This document shows, piece after piece, positions 1 to 5,237 of a stretch of DNA of 5,629 nucleotides; the stretch's first letter is position 1, and every line of letters starts with the position of its first letter. The translations under genes were made by a program, and so were the position numbers. The notes under the pieces were generated by a model that searched no databases, was not told the DNA's origin, and saw only the letters and a program-made list of their open reading frames with translations. The stretch is from positions 1 to 5,629 of IMG/VR virus record IMGVR_UViG_3300028845_000175; one strand, given 5' to 3'. Source of the stretch: a virus.

Positions 1-70
1 TCGCTGGTTCTGGAAAGACGCCCGACAAGGCGTTTTTCCTGAATCTGCCCTCCCTCCTTCCCCCGCGCCA
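1..70. repeat. Terminal redundancy, copy 1 (identical to 5560-5629)
   Basis: Compared base by base: tcgctggttctggaaagacgcccgacaaggcgtttttcctgaatctgccctccctccttcccccgcgcca occurs at both ends. The repeat runs exactly to both window edges, as expected for a circular molecule or concatemer that has been linearised with an overlap. Confidence 0.95.
14..37 (+). terminator. Duplicate copy of the candidate terminator at 5573-5596, inside the terminal overlap
   Basis: Identical sequence within the 70-nt redundancy. It is one element in the circular genome. Confidence 0.5.
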
Positions 71-89
71 TCAGCAAAGCTAATGGAAC

Positions 90-107
90 AAGCCGGGGGC
101 TTTTATT
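90..107 (+). other. Small stem-loop followed by a T-rich run
   Basis: AAGCC (90-94) pairs with GGCTT (98-102) around a GGG loop, followed by TTTTATT. The 5-bp stem is weak and the function is unknown. Confidence 0.3.
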
Positions 108-111
108 CTCA

Positions 112-159
112 AGTTGCAGTGAGTAGTACCACTGCAACTAAGTCCACGAAACAGGACTT
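112..159 (+). promoter_or_regulatory. Two adjacent perfect hairpins abutting the rep start; candidate origin or translational control element
   Basis: Hairpin D: AGTTGCAGTG (112-121) pairs with CACTGCAACT (130-139), 10 bp with an 8-nt loop. Hairpin E: AAGTCC (140-145) pairs with GGACTT (154-159), 6 bp with an 8-nt loop. Hairpin E ends one base before TTG 160 and contains the only SD-like AGGA (153-156). Confidence 0.5.
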
Positions 160-1122
160 TTGAGCTTGAAACCGGCCTTCGAATCGGTTCTGTGCGATTG
201 GCTAGGCGGCTCTCACGCCTACCCTGCGCCGGTCAAGCCGATGGCTTCCGGGCGCATCCTCAAGATTGACCGGGATGGGGTCATCGAGTACGAAAAGCGC
301 ACTTGGGAGCAGATCAGGTGCCCGTCGAGCGACACCAGCATCCGCGTGCGCTGCGACGGAACCCGGCTGGACTTTACCGGCAACATCGGGCGATTCCAGC
401 AACAGGACAACCTGACCGGCCTGGGCGTGGTCGAGTGCGTCGAGCGGTGGCAGGAAGTATTAGTCAAGCTCGGCGCTAACGTCGAGATGTTCGGCGCGGT
501 CATCCGACAGGGCACGTTAGCTGAGGCTGGCACGCGGCTTACCCGGATTGACCTTGCGTCGAATTTTCGCGTGTCCGACTACGCGGCCTTCTGCCGTACC
601 AAGCTGGTGCGTCCGATAGGGCGCAGACAACCTCGGGAAGGGCGCTACGGGCCGACGTGGGGCTATGAGGCCAAGCGGTCAAACTGGTGGAAGGCGAAGC
701 TCTACGACAAGGAAGCAGAGATTCAAGGGCTGCGATCAAGCAAGGGCGGCGATACGACCGCGCGTTTTGAAGTGCAACTTGGGGGGGAATGGCTGAAACG
801 GGAAAACCTTCACACGGTAAAGGCATGGGGTGATGACATGGCGAAAATTATTTACGGGCGATTCGCAAGCGAACTTTTCAAAGAGACGGCCAGTGTAGAA
901 ACGTGGGATGAGATTCCCGCTAAGCTGCGCTATGTCGCTGTCCTCTGGCGGGACGGGGTCGACCTTCGCAACACTATGAGCCGCAGCGCGTGGTATGCGG
1001 CGAAGTCCCGGCTCAAGGATTATGGGATTGACATCAGTGTGCCTTGCAACGTCGTCGCCCTCACGCGGCGCTGCCGCAATATTGACGTCATGCCTCTGCT
1101 CTCTTTGCGTGAGGCTGCCTAA
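160..1122 (+). CDS. Rolling-circle replication initiation protein (gene II analogue; Rep_trans / phage CRI-RstA-like)
   Basis: 320-aa ORF. The N-terminal LCDWL block and the central KAKLYDKEAE ... TTARFEVQLGG blocks resemble, from memory, the iDWL, YDK and R-x-E blocks of Rep_trans/CRI-type initiators. The first in-frame ATG (241) would remove the DWL block, so TTG 160 or TTG 166 is the probable start. The stop TAA (1120-1122) overlaps the next ATG. Confidence 0.8.
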   Translation: MSLKPAFESVLCDWLGGSHAYPAPVKPMASGRILKIDRDGVIEYEKRTWEQIRCPSSDTSIRVRCDGTRLDFTGNIGRFQQQDNLTGLGVVECVERWQEVLVKLGANVEMFGAVIRQGTLAEAGTRLTRIDLASNFRVSDYAAFCRTKLVRPIGRRQPREGRYGPTWGYEAKRSNWWKAKLYDKEAEIQGLRSSKGGDTTARFEVQLGGEWLKRENLHTVKAWGDDMAKIIYGRFASELFKETASVETWDEIPAKLRYVAVLWRDGVDLRNTMSRSAWYAAKSRLKDYGIDISVPCNVVALTRRCRNIDVMPLLSLREAA

Positions 1123-1481
1123 TGGCCTACGGCATGAATGGCATTTGCCATGCGACGGTTCAAGAGGCGATGGATTCGTTTGTCTCCTCTTTCCCGAGGG
1201 ACGATGCAGGTGGCAACTACCTGACGCTCGTCTCTGCCTCGGTTACAGGAATGACGGTCAACTACTCTGTGCAGCAGCGGCCGTGGAACTCGAACGTGCT
1301 CAATGCTCGTACAGGATCATTCGTGATTCCTACATGCTCTGAAGTCACGGAAGCCAGCATGTGGGAGATCACCGCAGAGCAAGGCGCACAGATCGGCGGG
1401 GCGATTCTGCTGGTCTGGGCGGTAGCATGGGTCATCCGCGCCCTTTCGCGGGTATTTTCAACTGAAGAAAAGGAAATCTGA
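1122..1481 (+). CDS. Hypothetical tail-anchored membrane protein (119 aa), in the position of the small minor coat genes
   Basis: The ATG overlaps the rep stop (TAATG). GAGG at 1111-1114 lies 7 nt upstream. There is no signal peptide, and one C-terminal hydrophobic helix (IGGAILLVWAVAWVIRAL) is followed by a charged tail. The stop is 1 nt before the coat gene ATG. I recognise no family. Confidence 0.6.
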   Translation: MAYGMNGICHATVQEAMDSFVSSFPRDDAGGNYLTLVSASVTGMTVNYSVQQRPWNSNVLNARTGSFVIPTCSEVTEASMWEITAEQGAQIGGAILLVWAVAWVIRALSRVFSTEEKEI

Positions 1482-1482
1482 A

Positions 1483-1677
1483 ATGCAAAAGAAACTCCGC
1501 AATACTGGTCTTATGCTGGCCGCGCTGTCTCCCGCTATCTCGTATGCTGCGGTCGATGTGTCCGCCGTGGTTACGGAAATTCAGGGCGCTGCCGCCCCCA
1601 TCGCCGCGATCGGCGCTGCCGTTCTGATCGTGATGGTGGGGATCAAAGTCTACAAGTGGGTTCGTCGCGCGATGTAA
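1483..1677 (+). CDS. Major coat protein (g8p analogue) precursor
   Basis: 64 aa. The signal peptide is MQKKLRNTGLMLAALSPAISYA, with an A-x-A-type cleavage site. The predicted 42-aa mature protein AVDVSAVVTEIQGAAAPIAAIGAAVLIVMVGIKVYKWVRRAM has an acidic N-terminus, a hydrophobic core and four basic C-terminal residues, which is the classic inovirus coat layout. AGGA at 1471-1474 lies 8 nt upstream of the ATG. Confidence 0.9.
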   Translation: MQKKLRNTGLMLAALSPAISYAAVDVSAVVTEIQGAAAPIAAIGAAVLIVMVGIKVYKWVRRAM

Positions 1678-1702
1678 TAGCGGCGGGAACGCTCTAAGAC
1701 AA

Positions 1703-1747
1703 GGCCCGGCGAAAGGTTATCCCCCGTAGCCGGGCCAAATCATTTTT
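1703..1747 (+). terminator. Stem-loop after the coat gene; possible terminator or attenuator
   Basis: GGCCCGGC (1703-1710) pairs with GCCGGGCC (1729-1736), 8 GC-rich bp with an 18-nt loop. The T5 run (1743-1747) starts 6 nt after the stem, so this is not a textbook terminator. Its position matches the strong terminator that follows gene VIII in Ff phages. Confidence 0.4.
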
Positions 1748-1796
1748 GGGGGTGTGTGATGGGTGTGTGGGTATTGTTGGCGATTTTGGGGGCGGC

Positions 1797-3203
1797 ATGG
1801 ATCATTTTCTCAGATTAGTTCGGATGTTCGCGTGGTTTGCGGTTTCTTTCATCGTGGGTGGAATGATCGCTCTTGCTCATGCTGACACGATACCGGCAAC
1901 TGCGGAAGTTGATCCGCCGAAGGTGTATTGGTTTTTCACTAAAATGGCAAGCTGCCAGAGTGATGAATATGTAGCGACTTCACTCCAAGCATGTCAAGCG
2001 CTTGACGTGTGTTATGTCATGCATACTTATGTTTCAAGTTCTGACAATCATCCTACAGAGCCTGCTTATTACAGTTGTGTCCTTAAGGACAGTTCGAATA
2101 ATCAATTTCAATTTGGACGTGTTAAACAGCTTAGGTGTTGGGATGGTTCCACTAATTCGACTTGTCCCACTAGATATTCATGTCCACCAAATCAAAACTG
2201 GACATTGAACGGAAATCAGTGCACGCGGCCTGACTGTACACCTCCACAAGTTCGTGACCCGGCTACTGGGCAATGCGTAGCGAATTGTGTCGCCGGATCG
2301 CAAGCAGGTTACTATGCGACCGGTTTCACAACTTCGGCTTGCATTAATGGCTGCGCCCTCACAAGGTCGGCAACCGGGATGCCGTATGCCACTTGCTCAG
2401 GTTGGAGTGATTCAACTGGATGGGCATCATGCTATATCGCGCAGAATGGTTCCACATGTTCGACGCCGAGCGGATCGCTTGCGAATAATCTGCCTCAACA
2501 ATGTCCGGTAGGGCAATGTCCAGGCACGATCAACGGTCAATCGGTTTGTGTGCCGTGTAAAGGAAAGACTGATACGCAGTCTATAACAACGACAACCACT
2601 ATCGCGCCGAATGGAACGCAAACTACTTCTTCAACGACCACGAATACTACGACTAACACAACAAACAATACCACTTCGACAACAAGCACAACGACTACGA
2701 CTACTACGCCGCCTGAGGGAAGTCCGACTACCACGACAGAAACAAAAACTGAGGACAAGCCTAGGGAAGCATTCTGCATAGAAAATCCTGACTCTCCTCT
2801 TTGCAAACAAACGAGTTTTGGCGGCGGCTGCGGTGCGTTTACCTGTGATGGCGATGCGGTGCAGTGTGCAATGGCTAGTGAGCAGCACAAGCGCAACTGC
2901 ACAATGTTCGATACTGCCACGACGTTGTCCACTCTCGGTGATCAGGTGGCGGCGGGAAACGACCCGCAAGCATCGAACTATCCTACGGCTCCAGGTCAAC
3001 AGCAGACGGTGAACCTGGGAACGGCGATTGACACAAGTAACCCTTTTGCAGCAGGGTGTGTACAGGACAAGTCTTTCCAGATCATGACAACGACTTTGAC
3101 TATTCCCTTTTCGAATATCTGTCCCTACCTTCAATTCATGGGGCAGATTGTCCTTGCGTTTTCGCTGATTGCAGCGGCGCGGATCATGCTCGGAGGAATT
3201 TGA
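1797..3203 (+). CDS. Adsorption / minor coat protein (g3p analogue), 468 aa
   Basis: ATG 1797 yields a canonical signal peptide (MDHFLRLVRMFAWFAVSFIVGGMIALAHA, then DTIP). The N-terminal part carries 20 Cys, followed by a 55-aa Thr-rich linker. The C-terminal domain carries 8 Cys and ends in a hydrophobic anchor (IVLAFSLIAAARIMLGGI). It is the largest gene and lies between the coat gene and the g6p/g1p analogues, as in other inoviruses. Confidence 0.8.
   Translation: MDHFLRLVRMFAWFAVSFIVGGMIALAHADTIPATAEVDPPKVYWFFTKMASCQSDEYVATSLQACQALDVCYVMHTYVSSSDNHPTEPAYYSCVLKDSSNNQFQFGRVKQLRCWDGSTNSTCPTRYSCPPNQNWTLNGNQCTRPDCTPPQVRDPATGQCVANCVAGSQAGYYATGFTTSACINGCALTRSATGMPYATCSGWSDSTGWASCYIAQNGSTCSTPSGSLANNLPQQCPVGQCPGTINGQSVCVPCKGKTDTQSITTTTTIAPNGTQTTSSTTTNTTTNTTNNTTSTTSTTTTTTTPPEGSPTTTTETKTEDKPREAFCIENPDSPLCKQTSFGGGCGAFTCDGDAVQCAMASEQHKRNCTMFDTATTLSTLGDQVAAGNDPQASNYPTAPGQQQTVNLGTAIDTSNPFAAGCVQDKSFQIMTTTLTIPFSNICPYLQFMGQIVLAFSLIAAARIMLGGI
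2586..2750 (+). repeat. Low-complexity threonine-rich linker coding region within the g3p analogue
   Basis: The translation is TTTTTIAPNGTQTTSSTTTNTTTNTTNNTTSTTSTTTTTTTPPEGSPTTTTETKT, with 33 Thr in 55 residues. Mixed ACN codons encode it and produce imperfect short repeats such as acgactac. Confidence 0.85.
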
Positions 3204-3204
3204 T

Positions 3205-3504
3205 ATGCCTGTTTTCATTGCAGCACTCCTAGGCGGATTGGTATCCGCTGCGGGTTCTCTGGTTGGGCGCGTGCTGATTGCGCTAGGCGTAGGCTTCGTC
3301 ACCTACCAAGGGCTAGACGTGTCGCTGAATTTCATCAAGACGCAAACGCTTGCCACAATTAGCAGTCTGCCTGCTGAAATATTTCAGATTGTTTCAACGC
3401 TGCAACTCGGAACTTCTATCAACATCATGGCAAGTGCCTATGCGGCCAAGATGGTGATAGCCGGGCTGACTTCCGGCGCGGTTAAGAAAATGGTGTGGAA
3501 GTGA
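3205..3504 (+). CDS. Small hydrophobic virion/assembly protein in the g6p position (DUF2523-like), 99 aa
   Basis: GGAGG at 3192-3196 lies 8 nt upstream of ATG 3205, and the ATG is 1 nt after the g3p stop. The N-terminus (MPVFIAALLGGLVSAAGSLVGRVLIALGVGFVTYQG) is hydrophobic. From memory it resembles the small protein that precedes zot in many inoviruses. The stop overlaps the next start (GTGA). Confidence 0.75.
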   Translation: MPVFIAALLGGLVSAAGSLVGRVLIALGVGFVTYQGLDVSLNFIKTQTLATISSLPAEIFQIVSTLQLGTSINIMASAYAAKMVIAGLTSGAVKKMVWK

Positions 3505-4571
3505 TAGAGCAAATTACAGGTCTACCCGGTGCAGGGAAAACACTGATTACACTTACACGTGTGAAGGAACTTTCCGAGAGGGAAAACCGCGTTGTCTACT
3601 ACAACGGTATTGCAGACCTCAAGCTGCCGTGGATTGAGCTTGACAAGGGGGAGGACTGGCACAAAGTGCCGCCGGGCTCAATTGTTGTCATTGACGAGGC
3701 GCAGCGAGTATTTCGTCCAAGAGGAAACGGCGCACAAGTGCCTGAGCATGTCGCAAAATTGGAAACGCATCGCCACCTTGGAATTGATCTGTTTCTGATT
3801 ACGCAGCATCCGATGCTGCTCGACACTAACGTTCGACGGCTGGTTGGTCGGCATATTCACACGGTGCGAGCATTCGGTTCGAAATTCGCCACGCTGCACG
3901 AATGGCCGCAGGTCAAGGAAAACTGCGACAAAAGCCGAGCAGATTCCATCGAGCATAAATGGTTCTACCCGACTAAAGCATACGATTGGTACAAGTCCGC
4001 GGAACTGCACACTCACAAGCGGAGTATTCCTGCGCGTTTGATTGTGCTGCTCATGGTTCCTTTGGTGTTGGCTGCTTCGATCTACGGTTTTTACCGCTGG
4101 TATTCAGGCACAGAAAACCGCACCAAGGAAGCGATCAAGAAAAGTACTGGCATCGAAGCAAAGAACAATCTGCCAGGGCTTCATCCGGCAAAGGACAACT
4201 ACGTTGAAAGTTTTGTTCCGAGAGTGTCAGGACTGGCCTATACCGCACCAGTCTACGACGATGTGACAAAACCCACGAGAGCGCCCTACCCTGCTGCCTG
4301 CATTGATCTGCCGAGCAAGGGTTGTCGGTGCTACTCGCAACAAGCGACTCGTCTTGATGTTCCTGCTCCGATGTGCAAGCAGATCGCAGCAACAGGGTTC
4401 TTCATGGCATGGGATGAGGAAGTCAAAACCCGCGACAAGCCGCAGGAAAGTGCGCAGGACAAGCCACAAGCCGAAAGTCAATATCAAGGCGTGCTTGGTG
4501 GTGTGATAACCGCACCAGAGCCTCAAAAGCTGTCTGAAACGCCTAAACAGAAAAATCCCGGTTCTCTATAG
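3501..4571 (+). CDS. zot: Zot-like phage assembly ATPase (g1p analogue)
   Basis: Walker A is GLPGAGKT (3519-3542) and Walker B-like is SIVVIDEAQ. One central TM helix (LIVLLMVPLVLAASIYGFY) is followed by a C-terminal periplasmic-type tail. GTG 3501 overlaps the upstream stop (GTGA) and gives MIEQITGLPGAGKT, which is typical of Zot-family N-termini. GTG 3495 is an alternative start. Confidence 0.92.
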   Translation: MIEQITGLPGAGKTLITLTRVKELSERENRVVYYNGIADLKLPWIELDKGEDWHKVPPGSIVVIDEAQRVFRPRGNGAQVPEHVAKLETHRHLGIDLFLITQHPMLLDTNVRRLVGRHIHTVRAFGSKFATLHEWPQVKENCDKSRADSIEHKWFYPTKAYDWYKSAELHTHKRSIPARLIVLLMVPLVLAASIYGFYRWYSGTENRTKEAIKKSTGIEAKNNLPGLHPAKDNYVESFVPRVSGLAYTAPVYDDVTKPTRAPYPAACIDLPSKGCRCYSQQATRLDVPAPMCKQIAATGFFMAWDEEVKTRDKPQESAQDKPQAESQYQGVLGGVITAPEPQKLSETPKQKNPGSL

Positions 4572-4683
4572 ACAATCGGCTTTAACGAATCAACTCTGGT
4601 TCATGCAGCAGCACTGCACTACGGTTCAGAATCCAAGCGGATCGGCTATAGACGGCAAGCGAAGCGCGCAGCGAAGCGGAGAA

Positions 4684-4719
4684 ACGAAAAGGGCCGTTGC
4701 GTAGCAAGGCCCTTTTCGT
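4684..4719 (+). terminator. Long hairpin after the last gene; intrinsic terminator and/or packaging-signal candidate
   Basis: ACGAAAAGGGCC (4684-4695) pairs with GGCCCTTTTCGT (4708-4719), 12 perfect bp. Past a bulged G4696, an inner TTGC/GCAA stem closes a GTA triloop. The GC core (GGGCC/GGCCC) is flanked by A4 upstream and T4 downstream. Confidence 0.6.
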
Positions 4720-4789
4720 AACTCGGAATGAACGGGATTACATAAAACGAGATTTTGATGTGGGTCAAGAATAGGCTACAAAAGGACAC

Positions 4790-4819
4790 TTGACAACGAG
4801 TCCATACGTACACTAAATT
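4790..4819 (+). promoter_or_regulatory. Sigma70-like promoter for gene V (and possibly the whole genome)
   Basis: A consensus -35 TTGACA (4790-4795), an 18-nt spacer, and a -10 TAAATT (4814-4819, 4 of 6 matches to TATAAT). It lies about 95 nt upstream of ATG 4915. A weaker upstream candidate is TTGATG (4755-4760), 16-nt spacer, TACAAA (4777-4782). Confidence 0.55.
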
Positions 4820-4825
4820 CCTCAT

Positions 4826-4841
4826 GTGTCCTCACGGACAC
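4826..4841. promoter_or_regulatory. Palindrome at the predicted transcription start; candidate operator or 5' stem-loop
   Basis: GTGTCC (4826-4831), tcac, GGACAC (4836-4841). It starts 7 nt after the -10 element. A third GGACAC copy sits at 4784-4789, immediately upstream of the -35. Confidence 0.35.
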
Positions 4842-4914
4842 GTCGCTACGGCGGCACTCCGGGGGGCGGGGCTTGGTCTCGCTCCCCACCCCTAACCAAG
4901 CTAGGAGCAAGGCA

Positions 4915-5220
4915 ATGATTAAAGTCGAAGTGAAGTCCATCGAAGTCGTCACCAAGTCGGGCACCAGTGCTCGCACCGGCAAGCCCTACAGCATTCGTGA
5001 GCAGGTCGGCGTCTACGCCTTTCTGATCGACCGCGAAGGCAAGCCGAATCCCTACCCTACCCGCATCAACCTGAGTTTGCGCGACGAGCAAGAACCTTAT
5101 CCGGTCGGGCAGTACGTCCTCGGCGCGGAGAGCTTCTACGTTGACCGCTTCAACGCGCTCTCGCTCGGGCCGGTGCTGCGCCCTCTGGCGCAGGCTTCGC
5201 AATCCGTCAAGGCGGCGTAA
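4915..5220 (+). CDS. ssDNA-binding protein, Ff gene V protein homologue (101 aa)
   Basis: AGGAG at 4903-4907 lies 7 nt upstream of the ATG. The translation aligns by eye with M13/f1 g5p as I remember it: MIKVEVK with MIKVEIK; TKSGTSARTGKPYSIREQ with TRSGVSRQGKPYSLNEQ; YPTRINLSLRDEQEPYPVGQY with YPVLVKITLDEGQPAYAPGLY; and SFYVDRFNALSLG.VLRPL with SFKVGQFGSLMIDRLRLVP. Confidence 0.92.
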   Translation: MIKVEVKSIEVVTKSGTSARTGKPYSIREQVGVYAFLIDREGKPNPYPTRINLSLRDEQEPYPVGQYVLGAESFYVDRFNALSLGPVLRPLAQASQSVKAA

Positions 5221-5237
5221 TGCCCGGAGAGGAGACC

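Noticed and set aside
1-70. The 70-nt end repeats as attL/attR or a tRNA-derived attachment site (the repeat ends in ...GCGCCA)
   Set aside because: There is no T-arm (GTTCRANYC) or acceptor-stem structure before the CCA. No host sequence lies outside either copy, and the repeat extends exactly to both window edges. A circular overlap is the simpler explanation.
995-1342. 115-aa + strand ORF overlapping the rep/orf119 junction in another frame
   Set aside because: It overlaps two better-supported genes out of frame, has no SD, and gives an Arg/Cys/Leu-rich translation typical of off-frame GC-rich sequence.
1746-1796. TTG 1746 as the start of the g3p analogue (the 485-aa version in the ORF track)
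   Set aside because: It would add GVCDGCVGIVGDFGGG in front of a textbook signal peptide that begins at ATG 1797. The extension is encoded by a GT-rich low-complexity tract. ATG 1797 is preferred, though not proven.
2537-3302. Minus-strand ORFs 2537-2932 (poly-Val) and 2631-3302
   Set aside because: The poly-Val stretch is the mirror image of the ACN Thr codons of the g3p linker. The other ORF is Arg/Ser-rich junk antisense to the g3p C-terminal domain and the g6p-like gene.
3501-4571. Interpreting the Zot-like gene as an enterotoxin or virulence factor
   Set aside because: The recognisable similarity is in the N-terminal P-loop assembly ATPase shared by all inovirus g1p proteins. The C-terminal tail shows nothing I can relate to the active fragment of Vibrio Zot.
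4566-4653. CTATAGAC at 4566-4573 and 4646-4653, each next to ATCGGC in permuted order. Also CTGGTTC shared between 4596-4602 and 4-10
   Set aside because: A repeated 7-8-mer within a few hundred nt is roughly what chance predicts. The first CTATAGAC copy overlaps the zot stop codon. This is not enough to call a nick site or iteron.
4603-4704. 33-codon + strand ORF (MQQHCTTVQNPSGSAIDGKRSAQRSGETKRAVA) in the intergenic region
   Set aside because: It has no SD and a hydrophilic, basic composition unlike inovirus small proteins. Its stop lies inside the loop of the long hairpin. It most likely reflects chance.
4733-4760. dif-like XerCD site: the minus strand reads ...CATCAAAATCTCGTTTTATGTAATCC, with TTATGTAAT resembling the XerD arm TTATGTTAAAT
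   Set aside because: Only the XerD-arm half matches partially, and the would-be XerC arm matches GGTGCGCATAA poorly. It is a half-site at best and needs comparison with the real host dif before any claim.
4776-5202. Minus-strand ORFs 4776-4982 and 4846-5202
   Set aside because: They are antisense to the gene V homologue and its leader, and the + strand reading aligns residue for residue with Ff g5p. These are GC-driven open frames.
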